Positions 24,147-37,499 of a stretch of 64,000 bases of DNA are shown one piece after another. The notes under the pieces were generated by a model, which saw only the letters and a program-made list of their open reading frames with translations, had not been told where the DNA came from and ran no database searches. The stretch's first letter is position 1, and each line of letters starts with the position of its first letter. Origin of the DNA: Gekko japonicus (Eukaryota); the NCBI RefSeq assembly GCF_001447785.1, contig NW_015173696.1:322103-386102 (forward strand), written 5' to 3'. The translations under genes were made by a program, and so were the position numbers.

Positions 24147-24908
24147 AATTTAGGGTTTGCTGTATTTTCCTTGTAATTCAGGGCTATTTTTTCCAGCTAC
24201 TTTAAAATCATACTGGAAGTGGCATTCTTCTTGTGATGTACTCATTAACCTAATAAGAAAAAAGTCACCTTGTTGCATTTGAAAAGATACCAGGAACTGT
24301 GGCATGCATAGCGAATTTACTGAAGGGAGATCTTTTCCCAAGACATGAAAAGCTAAACCAGGTTTGCAGTGCTTATAATTCTATGGAACCAATTTTTGAA
24401 GAATGGTCTTAAGGGCATAAGAGTTTGTGTCACTAAATGGAAATGAGCTTGCTGTCAGAACAAGGAACAGCTGAGATACTGATTCTTTTTCTCTCCTTAG
24501 CTTTTATTGTAGGATATTAAAAGCATCATGGTATTCCAATAGTGAGAGAGTCATTGAGAGGCTAATACCACAAAGGAGTGGGGGTTAACGAATAATTATG
24601 CTAGTTGCTATTTATTAGAATGTGTGACCTTGAACTGCTAAATTATAGAAAAGAGGCAAGGTTTCTGGTTTTTCAGACAGTTGATTGGTAGATTAAAAGA
24701 ACCTGGGGGCTTGCTGTAGTCTTAATTCCCTTCCTTTGCCAAAGGTACAGCTTTATTGAGTAACAACATTCAGCAGCTTTACTATTATTATGTCAGCAAA
24801 AGTCATTAATTTGATTGTAAGCTTTAGGCATAGGTATATTCTACATATCAGAGTGAGAACACTAGTTAACTTAGTAGCTTTAAACCATAGAATTACATCT
24901 GGATTATT

Positions 24909-25740
24909 TGTCCTTGGAATGAAAACCCCATTGCCCCCCCAGACGGAAGAAATAGTCAGACAACAAGGTTGGATGAAATAAGGCCACTTTATTAAATTAT
25001 TAACTTCTTAACTTAACGGCAAAGGGCAACCATGGAAAAAACAGCAACGGGCCCGGCCTGGTGTCACTTCGACTCCCATCCTCAGCCCTATGAAGCAAGA
25101 CACCGGGGGCCCCCGGGTTGGAGCCAACCATAAGTCGCTTGCAATCCTGGCCGAGCCAAAAATTGGGATGTGCCCTCCAGAGCCCTCAAGCACCCCCACA
25201 TGGCCAGTGCTGAGTCTCCGTCGTGACCATCCCCATAGGTGGTCTGCAAGCTTCGCCCAGGCCGCACGGCTACAAGGCTGGTCGAGCAGACCCCTTTACC
25301 CCCACCCGGGGTTATTAAGTGGTGCTTGCGGCCGCTGAACTGTATTTTTTAACCTAATTCTGCCCTAACAAAGTGACAAACTAGTCCCTAGGCACCACCC
25401 CAGACCAATTCCTCAATCCACTGACCGCAGTGTAGGGTAGGCGAAAAAGACCCCATCTCAATAGCCAATGCGAGAATGGAACCAAAAAATTCCTACCCGG
25501 CTCCCCATTAAACAGGGCAACCAGCCTATGCTTACACTACATACAGGGCGGGTGGGTGGGCCGAGCACGAGGCAAGCTACTGACTGGGGGGAGAGCGGAG
25601 CAAGCCTATTAAGGCTGCCAGGCTCCGCTCCCCCTATTGGAGCCAAGGCTCCACCGCAGTCAGCCTGACTAGTCCTCCTTATGAGGAGGCAAACGCGGTC
25701 CCCACGAGGCACGCTCTGGCTGTCTCGTGCGGGGCCGGAG
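24909..25740 (-). mobile_element. Possible Ngaro/DIRS-type terminal-repeat remnant
   Basis: Sharply GC/CpG-rich block in AT-rich DNA, minus-strand ttAATAAAgtggcc, several GC hairpins, no TSD and no TG..CA pair. Family assignment rests on remembered motif resemblance only. Confidence 0.45.
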
Positions 25741-27417
25741 TGTATCTGGCACTACTGAAAAACACACAAACTATGGCTGTGGTCAGACGTGCCTTTAAAT
25801 CTGACTCATCTGTGAATGCCTGATGGATTTAAAGGGCTTAATAAGACAGCAACATCTGGGAAAGGTCCTGAAGCCATCAACACCCCCTGCTGCCCTGCCA
25901 CGGAAGCGGAGTCAAAAGACACTGGGAAAAGTCTGGTCCTAATGTTTGCCAATGGGCTATGGACGGACTTTCCCCTGTCTGATCACTCAAGCATGCTCTC
26001 ATGCTGTCGGGATGGTCTGCTCATTCCATCCTGATGGTGCCTCCCACCCACCCCGCTTAGCAGTATGTGCATAACTGCATACTCCATGGGGAACCCTCAG
26101 TGCGGAGGTGTGATTCCTCATTTATGTGCATGGGAAACAAAAGGAAACAAATCCACTCACCCAAACATGCCGTCTGATTGGGCAGTGATGGGCTGAGCCC
26201 ACAGCTGCAAAGGATGTGTGATTGTGTAACACCATGTCAATTTCCACCATGGGAAATAGGCTTAGTTTAGAGAATTCTTATATCACTGAATGAAATTTAT
26301 TGTCATTAAAGGGGTATTGATATTATGTATGCGAAGTGCAAACATTCAGTCAAATAAAGCTATATAAGATGTTGTTACAATCCATGGTCACCTCAGAATA
26401 TTGGACCTAAACACTTGTGTACCTGGGAATTAAAATCCAGTTCAATTAAAATTAATAAATTAAGTAACTTCTAAGCATCTCAGATTTACTTAAGCATTTG
26501 CTGTTACAAGAAGTTACTTAATTTATTATAGCCCCCCCCCCAAAAAAAAACCCTCGGATTTGGGGACTCGTGTCAAAATGGCAGGTTGAAATAGAAGGGC
26601 TGTTGGCTAGCACATACTTTAATGGCTTCTTCTAAGATTTCTGTTTGTGCCCACTTGTGGTAAATTTTGCAGATATAATCTGGTTGAACTAGATTTTACA
26701 GTTGGAACACAGTTAATTTACATGCATTTTAATTAATCTGATAAATAACTTGTATTGTCTAAGTCATATCATTGTGCTGCACTCATTCCAGGGCCTTCAG
26801 TCTCTCTATATAACATAGACTTTCCAGCAATTCCTAGAGTGAAGTGATGTCACTTCTTGTTTTTTTCCCAGAAGAGAAGTCATGATGTGCAACACTGCCA
26901 CCCCTATAACCCTGTCCTCCATCTACCTTCAGGCACCTTCATCTCCCTTCAGGCACCTTCAGGTAGGCCATTATGTAATGAGCTGGGGCTTGATAGGGCT
27001 GGGAAACTCTATCAGGTCCCAGCTCATGACATAATGCCCATAACATTATCAAGCTGCCCACTGAGTTTCATGGGCTGGCATGATGGTGTGGCAAGCCTAC
27101 CATTTGGTGTATTCTTGGTGGGGAGGGTGGGGTATAAATTGAATGAATGAATGAATGAATAAATACATTCTTATGGCTCCTTGCCCTACACACCTGTTGG
27201 CTACACACCTGTTGCTGGCTCACTGGCTTTGGGAAGGCGCTCAGAGCTGGACCAAGATTTTACTGTGTTCGAGGCAAACTATGACTTTGACCTCCAGTAG
27301 AGAGAAAAGTGACTAGTCTAGAATTAATGTTAGCTTTGATTTACTTGAGATTTGAAATGAACATAGTAAAAATAAAAGATACTTTACTTTTTTAAAAAAT
27401 AGTCATTAATCCCTAAC

Positions 27418-27690
27418 AGAGCCAGTTTGGTGTAGTGGTTAGGAGTGCGGACTCTAATCTGAGAGAACCGGGTTTGATTCCCCACTCCTCCACATGCAGC
27501 TTCTGGGTCAGTCTCAGTTCTCTCAGAGCTGTTCTCTCACAAGCAGTTCTTGAAAGAGCTTTCTCAGCTCCACTTACCTCACAGCATGTCATTTGTGGGA
27601 AGGGGAAGGGGAAAGAGATTGTAAGCCGCTCTGGGACTCCTTTGGGTAGTGAAGGGTGGGGTATAAATCCAATCTCCTCCTCCTCCTCCC
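27418..27690 (+). mobile_element. tRNA-derived SINE (Squam3-like)
   Basis: Box A tggtgtagtggtt, box B gggtttgattccc, L2-like tail ttgtaagccgctctg...ggggtataaat, simple-repeat end. Confidence 0.8.
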
Positions 27691-27834
27691 CTAGACAGAA
27701 TTTATTGTATTGTGTTTTATGTACCATCTGCCTAATTTATTAGTTGTATTGGAAGGTATTGGAATATAAATTGCATTGGAATGGATTTTAATATAAATTA
27801 TTAAAGGGAGGGATAGAACTCAAATCAAATAAAT

Positions 27835-28040
27835 AAATAAATTTGAAGTTTGGTAAACATTTTGTTTGAGTGGAGATAGTCTGTCTGGAAATGTATCCGT
27901 TCATGAACTGCCATGAACTGCTTGAAAGTTCATGTAACGTTTGTGCCGGTTGACCTGCCAAAAACGTCAATTCGTGAACCATGAACTGCCCAAAATTCAT
28001 CACAAACTTCAGTTCATGAGCCAGTTTGTACCCATCTCTA
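27835..28040. mobile_element. Terminal fragment of the TAGGGATGGGCAC hAT family
   Basis: Homologous to 39475-39708; ends gtacccatctcta. Confidence 0.65.
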
Positions 28041-29259
28041 GTAGGAATCTGGGCAAGGGAAGGCAAACCTCCCCTGCGCTACCTCACTGCTTCATGCACT
28101 GTACTGTTTGAACTGTTCTCGTGGGAATATGGGAGGCAGGGTCTCTTGGATGAGGACACAATCCCTGAGATTTCAATTCCAGACAACAGATAAGAATGTA
28201 TTTGCTATAAACCAATGGGAATAGTCAATTAATTCATCTAGATGCCATAATGTTTATTTATTTATTTAAATAATTTGATTTACTAGGCCGCCCTTCCCTA
28301 CAGGTAAGCTTAGGATGGCTTACAACAGTATTATACATTCGCATACAACTACATTAAAAATAGTCAGATAAATAACAATAAATAAGAACAGTATATGTAC
28401 AATACTTAAGATGGTGGAGAATCCTAACTCCCCGGCCTCCCTGGGGGGAGGGTCTATGAGGAATGGGGAACCACATGAGAGTGCCAGAAGAAATCCCATC
28501 ACTGTCCTCAGCCAAAAGCAAATCCAAACAAATATGAATGAATAAAATAATCCAAACATAATAAAATTTCTGTGCACATTTGTATTGTTATATCTTTGAT
28601 TAGGGGTAGCTTTGACAATTGGAGGACAGTTCAGCGCATTTCATGCAAGTGCCCTACATAGATCTGCTTTGCTTATCTCAGTGGGCTGATGGATGTAGGA
28701 TTTATCTTATGGCCCTTTATGACCTAGTTTGAGAGAATACGCTGATATTATCTCTTGGATAGAGATACCCAAGTACAAACTAAATGTCTGTTGTACAGTG
28801 GCTGAAAATGGCGTATCATCAATATACTTAACTCTCAACATGGCCAAATCCAAGAATACTTAAATCTGGAGACCAGTGCCATGACGAGACAAGACAAATC
28901 TTTCTTCAAGTCTGAGAAAAGCCCTAGAGCTGAAGAAAAATCTGAAGTTTTCAAACATACACGCACACAAACAAACACTGAGGGGTTAAAACCCCCAAAT
29001 AATAGAAGCAAGGCTGGTAGATTTAAGAAACAAATGCCTCTATGGCTATTGTTAGGCAACCACAATAGTAATCCAAGACCTTAGGCCTTAGTTTCTGTCT
29101 GTAAAAGGCAGGGGCCTCCAGAGTTGTTTTGGCCTTTGAGGGAAAACTTAATGGGGCAAGGCCAAGCAGCAACCGTGGGGTGACTTGCTACAATGTGACT
29201 TGCATGACTCACCCACGCTAGACTGTTTGCTACTGTTCAAAAACATTCATCCCACAGAA

Positions 29260-29470
29260 GCCACGGCAGTGTTGTGGTTAGAGTGCCATACTAGGAGACC
29301 CAGGTTCAAATCCCCAGTCTACCATAGAAGCTTGTTAGGTGACTTTGGGAAAATCACATACTCTCAGTATAGTCTACCTCACAGGGTTGTTGTGAGTATA
29401 AACTGAAGGAGAGGGGAATGATGTAAGCTCTGTGTGTCCCCGTTGTAGACAGAGGTGGGGTATAAATAAA
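29260..29470 (+). mobile_element. Diverged tRNA-derived SINE
   Basis: gtgttgtggttagagtg...ccaggttcaaatccc; ctacctcacagggttgttgtgag core; ggggtataaataaa tail. Confidence 0.65.
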
Positions 29471-29523
29471 GTAAAGAAATGAAGATGGTGGGCAGTAAAA
29501 GGTATGTGGGAGGGTGGGAAAGA

Positions 29524-29558
29524 NNNNNNNNNNNNNNNNNNNNNNNNNNNNNNNNNNN
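29524..29558. other. Assembly gap
   Basis: N run. Confidence 0.99.
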
Positions 29559-30092
29559 GGAAAGAGGAAATAGTGTGGGGAAGAGTATAGATGGGAAAAT
29601 AAGGTGCCCTCTGCAAGTCCTTGCAGGTTCCCTACAATGCAACTGGGATTAGCCCAGTGACTGGCAGTGCACAATTCAGTCATAGTTTTCCTAGGCAGAG
29701 GCTGTCAGGGGACAGAAGGAGGGAAATCTGAAGACAGGGGAGCAAATAAAGGTAGGGTGGCTGGGGGTGGGAAGGAGAGAAGGAAGCAGAAAAAGGGCAG
29801 AGGCTATGGGGGCTTTCAGAGAAGGAAAAGATGAAATATGGTGGGGGAATGAGATGCCACCACAAGGTCCTCTGTCAATATATCTAATTCTCAACAAAGT
29901 CCCATCTGTGGACACTTAAATCCAAAGAACAGAGGCATGAACAAATACGACAGAACTTGCTACAAACCTGGGAAAAGCTCAAGGTTTGCAGAAAAATCTG
30001 AACACCTTGAAGCAAATTCAGTATTCAACTTGAAGCCAGTGCAGCTGGTGAAGCACAGGTCAAAAGTGTGCAGTCATTGTGGTACTCATAAG

Positions 30093-30298
30093 CAGTGTTC
30101 CCTCTAAGCTGAGTTACTGTGAGCTAGCTCACAGTTTTTTAGTCTTCAGTGAACACATTTTGGTCTTAGCTCAGGAAGGATGGCTCCAGAGCAAACTAAT
30201 GTATGCAGTAGTCAAATCGCTCACTCATAACTTTAATGCCAGTAGCTCACAAAATAGAAGTTTTGCTCACAAGACTCCACAGCTTAGAGGGAACATTG
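30093..30298. mobile_element. hAT MITE (CAGTGTTCCCTCTAAG family)
   Basis: TIR CAGTGTTCCCTCTAAGCTG / CAGCTTAGAGGGAACATTG, degenerate 8-bp TSD ctcataag/cacgtaag. Second copy at 37500. Confidence 0.8.
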
Positions 30299-31474
30299 CA
30301 CGTAAGTACCTGTGCTGCTGCATTCTGGACAAGCTGTAATTTCTGGATCAGCGCCCCCCCCTCCACAAACAGCATCTAAGGCTGCTTAATCCTATAAAGA
30401 GTAAAGTTCATAAGGCTGGGTTGTCAGATATGATACAGAGATAATTCCTACAGCTCCATCCAAGTTAAGCAATTGCAAGTCTCATTAATTTCGACATGAG
30501 AAAGTATATTTTAGTTTGGTCCCACTGCAATCAATAGAACTTCAAGGTGTTGAAATCAGCCGGAATTGTACTCACTATCTCCTCTTTAGGGCATGAAGAT
30601 ATTTATTTATACCTTAGCTATGGTAATTCTAGTACATGAGCTATAGTGTTTGGCCTGTTGCTACACAAAAATATACATTATTCTCAGGTTTTAAAATCAA
30701 TAAACAAAGGTTGGCCCTTCATGCCAAATGACTTCCTGCCAACTTCACAACCACAATAAATTTAATTTTATATTAGAATTTAGTAATAGCTAATTTATAT
30801 GAAAGACTATTTTCCTTCCCCAAACCATCTGTTTTTAATCTGTTTGTGCAGAAATGTATGTTAAAAGATACCATCATTTGCTTTTCTCCCTCCTTCCTTT
30901 TGTGCACATTAGATATTTTCAGGGTTTATGAAAACACTTTTAGCATACTGCTTGTTTTAGTGCTACTGATAAAGTTGATAAATTAGGGGAGATTTTTAAA
31001 GAACACACTCACTTTCTATCTTAACCAAAACTTGGCATCTAATACTATTGAGCATTTAAGTGACCAATAGTATTAGGATATGTCAAATCACTCTGAGTTC
31101 TGTACCAAGAATAGTATACAAGTGGTATTTCTAAAGTATACAGTAAAAGATTAATTAGAAATGGGTTAATGTCTTTCTAAAGAACTTGTAAAAGGCCTTT
31201 AGAGGCTTGTGTTTCACTGGAATTAATGTGGATCTTGGAATTTTTGACTTGTATACCTACCTAGTCCAATGTACATGGCAGATAACAACTGCATTGTGTG
31301 AACAGGAACAAAACAGACACATTTTCCTCAGTGGCACATACATGTGCATTTTCCCTGATAACAAAGGCAACTGATAAGTTCCCGCTTCTATGAGACTCCA
31401 TGTGTGCAATGGAGCCCCATGCAGCTCTGAACTGAGTTACTTCTGTTATTGCTATACAGAATCATACTATTGCA

Positions 31475-32014
31475 TCTATATATCTAATAGTAAACTTGCC
31501 CCCGGAGTGCGGATCACTAAATCAGCGCTCCGGGGGCAGCTGGAGGGCCGGGGGAGGTTTGTGCACACGTGGGCCAGTCCCCACGTGTGCACAAAAATAA
31601 AAAAAGTTAAAAAAAAATTCGGGGGGATGTTTAAATCCCCCCAAAAGTGCAAGAGCGTCTCCTGCACGTGTGCAGGAGACGCTCTGCGAACGCTGCCGCC
31701 TCCTCCTCCTCCTCCTCGGAGCCGGCAGGCAGGCAGGCTGGCCGGGTGGGGAGGGAGGGAGGGCAGGGAAGACAGGCCTCGCTGCCGCCGCTGCCTCCTC
31801 CCCGGAGCCGGCAGGCAGGCAGGCAGGGAGGGCGGGAGGGCGAAGACAGGCCTCGCTGCCGCCTCCTCCTCCTCCCTGGAGCCGGCAGGCAGGCAGGCAG
31901 GGTGGGCGGGGGGGACACCGGCCTCGCCACCACCACCGCCGCGGGGAGATCAAGGGGGGGATGGAGGAGACGGAGCTCTTCTCCCCCCCACGAGTATCGC
32001 AGGTCCCCCTCTTG
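31475..32014 (+). mobile_element. Non-autonomous Helitron-like element, copy 2 (540 bp)
   Basis: Identical 16-nt 5' end TCTATATATCTAATAG, hairpin remnant cccacgagtatcgcagg, 3' CTTG, site ttgcA|Tttatc with no TSD. Confidence 0.85.
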
Positions 32015-33005
32015 TTTATCTCTATGTAGCTATAAGACTATCACTAATCAGCATCCATATGTAAAATCTAAATGTGTGAGAAACTATCAAAGGCAGTGAA
32101 TGGTTTTAATATAATGTGAGGCAGGTGGTTATTACCCCAGGGTAAAACTAATTTACTCTAGAATCAGTGCTGCCAAATCACACTACATGGATGCTTTCTA
32201 AGTCTTGAACCTCACAGTTTGGATTGCTAGAAATTGCTATGGAAGAAAATGTGTTTCATTTTCAAGAAGGGAGAGAGTATATACAGTAGTAATATCGTAA
32301 GCTTTGGCTGTTTTTTTTTTTTAAGAATATGCACACATCACACTATTTTAAAGCATGCTAGTCAATAAGTTTATGACTGATTTGTGATTGTTACAAAGTA
32401 TGACCTCTCCAGTCAGCGAGTTTCTAAATGGGGATGAAGACAGCCCCCCATCAGTGCTATTCACCTAACAACCTCTTCACAGTTTTATGGTTTCATTTTA
32501 GCCCTGGAACACTAACTCTTGCATATATTAGTGATAATATGCAAAATCTATGCTCGTTCATCATACTTAGACAACTGCTGAGCAAAGGGTTCTCATCTCC
32601 AACATGCTGCTGCTGTCCATTATTTTGAGAGATCTGGCCAGAGCCCCTTCATGTGAACGATCTTCTCAAAGACTATTAACCCAGGTTGTCTCTGTAGTGA
32701 CCCTGGCATTGTAGCTCAATTAAACTCTTCTTTTCAAGTGCATCATGCAGGGTTCTGTTTTGATATCTTCAAGCCTTCCATCACTGGCAGAGTTGTTTTA
32801 CCGGAATAAAAGCCCATCTTCACTGAAGTAGTGACCTTATTATATGTCATTATCTAACCCTTCTTTCAATAATTTGAATTTCTTCTAAGTGACCTCCCTG
32901 TGGAGGGCACAGGAAACAATGTAAAGTTTCAATCATTGGTGGTGAAGGGTGTGTGTGGGGGGAGATACTAAATAGAGGAAAACTAAGATACCCCCCAGGA
33001 TTTTT

Positions 33006-33015
33006 AGACAGACAG

Positions 33016-33068
<53 letters not shown>

Positions 33069-33085
33069 TAGATAGATAGATAGAT
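33006..33085. repeat. Compound microsatellite (GACA)n(GATA)n
   Basis: Directly visible. Confidence 0.95.
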
Positions 33086-34271
33086 GTGGAGGTGCTTGTG
33101 GCCCTATGTGATCTTTTCTTTCATTTCCTTATTTTCTATGATATCTTTCTGAGTTACGTAGAGAAGAACCAATTGCATCAAAATTGTCTTGTTCAGATGT
33201 TTTTGTAGGATAACTCATCTAATTTGTGTATTTATCTTTTTTGCAGAAAGTAATGGCTGTAAACTCAAAAAGCATATAGATTTGAGCCAAACCAGCTACA
33301 TTTGGTGGGTGCTTCCTGTTCTGTAACTATTCAAATAACTTGTTTACTCATTGTCAACAGTTCTTCCATCAGCAAATATTACTTATGTCCTTAGTTCCTT
33401 CTTTAGTATCAGAAGCATGATTCTAAAGACAGTCAGTGTGGTACAGTGGTGAGTGTCAGACTAAAATTGGGGAAACTCAAATTCAAATCCCCACTTTACC
33501 CTGAAGCTAATTGGATGATTTTGGTCCAGTCAAGACCTTGAGTCTTGACACACTCAAATTACGAACGTGGTAGGGAATGCCCAGAGAAGCATCTCTGCCT
33601 TGAAAATATTTTTTTGTTTGTTTATATACTCAAGGGGTCAGCCATTTGTGTTTTTGTGGCCAAGATTTTTACAGATTTGTTATATGGCTCAGTTATGTGC
33701 ATATATTAACTACACAACTTTAGGAATTATTCAGATTAAATTTTTGAGAGCCATATTTGTGGTCTCTCACTGTGTTATGAAGCCTTTTGTCTGGAAACAG
33801 GTTTAATGACTGGCTGAAGCTTGTTTTGGTTCTCCTGTGGGTCTTGCACCTTTGACATTAATAGACACCTTTCGGGCATGATGGAAAAGGCCCGTTCAGA
33901 GAAATTATGATGTATTGGATATTCTCCTAGCAGTAGCCCTTGGTCCTTAAAAGCTAAATCTGAAATTAACCAAAAGATTTGGGATATTGAACTTCAACAC
34001 AATTTAAGTCTTGTCACAAAATACCATCTTCTGAGGAATAAGAAATTTGTGCTGGCAAACCATTTGGCTAATGTATTGATTCCCAAACACAGGAAAGCTT
34101 TCACTCTGGTCTCTTACAATGATCTTCCCTCTGCATGTTTAGAAGGGAGGACCATGGTGTACCATTCCTTGAACACATATGCCCTCATGCAAGTTGGGAA
34201 ATGGAAATTTTGGGCATGTTCTGCTGCAGTGCCCCTTCTACAACGATCTTAGATATGCTTTCATCACTTCT

Positions 34272-35251
34272 TTTTTATTATTTAAGGTTTTTATTTGTTT
34301 TGTATCAATTCAAATAACATATATATCGTATACATTTTGAATAACATCAAACTGTTACACATTTAAAGAACATTGAAAGTCTGAAAAAATTACAACTACA
34401 ACTAATATTAACTGAGTAAGGATGAGTAAAGAATTCACTGGAGTCTCATAGGACTCATATATGTCGATTATATAAATTCTTATAGGTAATTTCAAACTAA
34501 TAATTCCATTATCCTGTGTGAGGGAATAGAGGGAAAGACATTCTGCTAGTAGTAACAAATTCGTAGAAACTTTTACAGCCATCTCTGTAATTGCTGCCAG
34601 GAGGAAGGCAGGAAATCCTCTGAAGCCAGAAATTCTAAAATAGGATTCCACTTTTCCATTATAGGTTTGTCTACCAGTTTCAGGGCTATTCTGTTCAATT
34701 TGCTTGTTACTGAATTCATGAGAAATTGGTCCCACAGCTTTTGGTACCATAGCTTCAGTGTTGGCGGTTGTGGATCTTTCCAACATGTCGCAATCGCTGT
34801 ACGAGCAGCATATATCATAACATCCAAGGTCTGTTTATATTTGTGTGTTTCAATTTGGGGTGGCCAATGTTTTAGGAAGAGATTTTCAGGATTTAGTGGG
34901 ATTTCTAGACCTATGATTTTGAGTATCATTAGTTTTATTTCTTCCTAAAATTTGGCTATTTTCTCACATTCCCACCAGGAATGGGCAAATGTACCTATTT
35001 TGTTGCATTGTTTCCAACGTTGGCGAGATTGTTGGGTACATGTGAGAGAGACATTGGGGGGTCAAGTACCATCTCGTTAAAATCTTAAAATCTTGCAGCT
35101 CTAGTGGGATAGAATTTGGATAAGAATTCTTGGTCTCCCATAATTCCTTCCAAAAGTTTTCATCCAGCTGTGTCTTGCAATCTTTTTTCCATAATGCTTG
35201 ATAGGGAATTACTTTTGGAGAATCAACAGTTCAATAATTGGTAAGTTGCAG
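34272..35251 (-). mobile_element. L1 3' fragment
   Basis: Minus-strand TRWYLTP...GTFAHSWWECEKIAKF...AARTAIATCWKDPQPPT...KWNPI. 10-bp TSD catcacttct (34262-34271 / 35252-35261) next to a T-run. Confidence 0.85.
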
Positions 35252-36019
35252 CATCACTTCTGTCCTTCAAAAAATCTCCTGGAAGATCAGAGGAATGGTA
35301 TACCTCCCATCTTCTTGTGTAGAGCCACTATCATGAGTAGAGCCACTAGAGTCTGTGCAGCTGCTAGAATTTACCATTGTTTAATGTTGATTTAACACAA
35401 TTCATCTGCTATTTGTATACGCAATGGCTTTCTGTAACTATTTTTGCTAATGTATGTTTTATACTGCTGCTATATGGCTGTAATAAATAATTGCTTGAAT
35501 GACTGAGCCAATCACACACACTTAGCCTACCCTATAGAGTTATTGTGAAGATAACATATGGGATATATACTCAGCCCCTGGGTTCTTTGAAGGAAGAGCA
35601 GGATAAAATGAAATAGATTCCCAAACAAAATTCCAGCTCCTCCAAATCTGTCTGCTTCAATTTTCAGCTTTATTATAGCACTAGGAATAAGGCCCCATGT
35701 GGGAAAGAAATACAATGAGTTCTAGAAGGAAGCTCCAGGTGAGTGTCTCGGCTGTGGCTGGTGGGGTGGCAGAGGGAATCGGAAAATAGAAGGAGGCAAG
35801 CCATGTTTATTTCCTTCTGCTTAGCTATAAGGCAGGGCTGTCTTGAGTCATTTTGCTGCCCCAAGTGGGTAGTATGGGAGGACAGTCTCGTGGTGACAGG
35901 TATGGTTCCCTCCACTCCTGACTTATGTTGCTTTGGGGTTATTCAGTGACAGCTAAGGTAGAAAAGCACCTCTGGGAGAGGGAACTGGAGACTACTCAGA
36001 AGAAGTTGAAAGGTGAAAC

Positions 36020-36182
36020 GCTTCAGTCCCGGTTCCTAAACGGGACTGAAGCTTTTGTGTGTGAAATGGCAGTTACATTCCAGTAGGGAACCGATTCTCA
36101 AACGGGTTCTGTCTGAAATGACAGACCAGAATCCGTTTGAGAACCGGTTCCCTACCGGGAGATATCACCTGTCTGAAATTCC
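36020..36182. repeat. Two adjacent inverted repeats (rearranged MITE fragment)
   Basis: gcttcagtcccg / cgggactgaagc (36020-36052) and a 27/29-bp arm pair (36083-36155). Confidence 0.75.
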
Positions 36183-37499
36183 CCCCTGTTTCTCTTGTTC
36201 CCACCAGAAACAGCCTGTGATCCTCAAAAAGGTGATGCTGATGGGAACCCACACAAATGAAAAGCAATGCAACAAAGATGGCTGCACTAAAGAGGAAAAG
36301 AGGAAAAAAGTCTCCTAGTTGTACGACCAATGGACTTCACTGATGGAAAGGGGCAAAGAAGCCAATTTTGCATGCTTCTCTTGTAAATACAGCCTGTGCT
36401 GTATGCGTTTTCATATGTGCAGGTACCTCAGCTTTTGGAACCATTTTAATTTTTTAAAGGCTAATCAGTAGTGGCTGGGGAAGGGGGAGGTGGTAAAAAT
36501 CTGCTTCAGCCAGCCTGTTATACTGACACTGCATAAAATTATGCCCATAGTAATTATTTTCCAGATTCAAGCATGATAAAATGAACAACATTTTCTGCTC
36601 TGAATCTTTGTACACCTCTGCCAAATGCTTTTCTGTTTGAAATTATAGAATTATAGAATTACGGGTCTTCATCCAATGCAGTTTTTTTGTGTATGTACAG
36701 CAGTAAAATACCCATCCCACTCACCTCTCATTTTTTCCCACCCTCCATTTTTACAGAGGTGGTAACCTTCAGCTAATTGGAGCTGCCAAAAGCAATGACA
36801 CATATAACATTAAAAGGCTTGCATTGTACATTAGTATACAATGAGTGAGTGATCCAAATAATATCTAGACAATAATGAGATCTCCTGAACTGTGGTGACT
36901 CATTCCAAGTTGTGGGCATATTTGCTGGGCAGTGCCTTTCTGTTCTGCTTATATTTATGTGTTAATGTGAAACAAAATATACAGGAAGTTTATCTTATGA
37001 ATGCTTGGTGGGGGAAATGAATGCTTGAGGAGAAAATGCTGTCCTTGGAAGGTAGAATGAATGTTACAAGAAGGAATTAAGAAGCTTCCTCCAGATTTTA
37101 ACATTCAATCTAGATCTGTGCAATAATGATTGACAGCTCCTCCTATCTGAAAGTCTGAGTCTTCAATGAGAATGGATTTGGAAACAGCAAAGCATAAAGG
37201 TTAAAGCACAATGTATTTGTGTGTGTGCTTTCCAATGTACCCCACAGGTGCATTTTTGAAATTATGCTCCCCCATTATGCAGAAAGAAATATTCCTCTTT
37301 GAATACAGTACAAGCATTTTAGTAACATCCTGCATACTACACAAACAAAATGCTTGCAATGTGAATATGGATAGGGATGGGCACAAAATGGGAAAATATG
37401 CTTTGGTTTGTGGTTCGTGGTGTGCTCAGTTCACGAACCACAAACCATCATGGACTTTTAGGGGCTAAACAAACTAGTTCAGTTTGTGAGGTTCGTGAC

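Noticed and set aside
27418-27490. tRNA gene
   Set aside because: The A/B boxes belong to a SINE head and no full cloverleaf is present. The same applies to the Sauria SINE heads.
31390-32099. 224-aa and 150-aa ORFs
   Set aside because: Same Helitron minisatellite origin.
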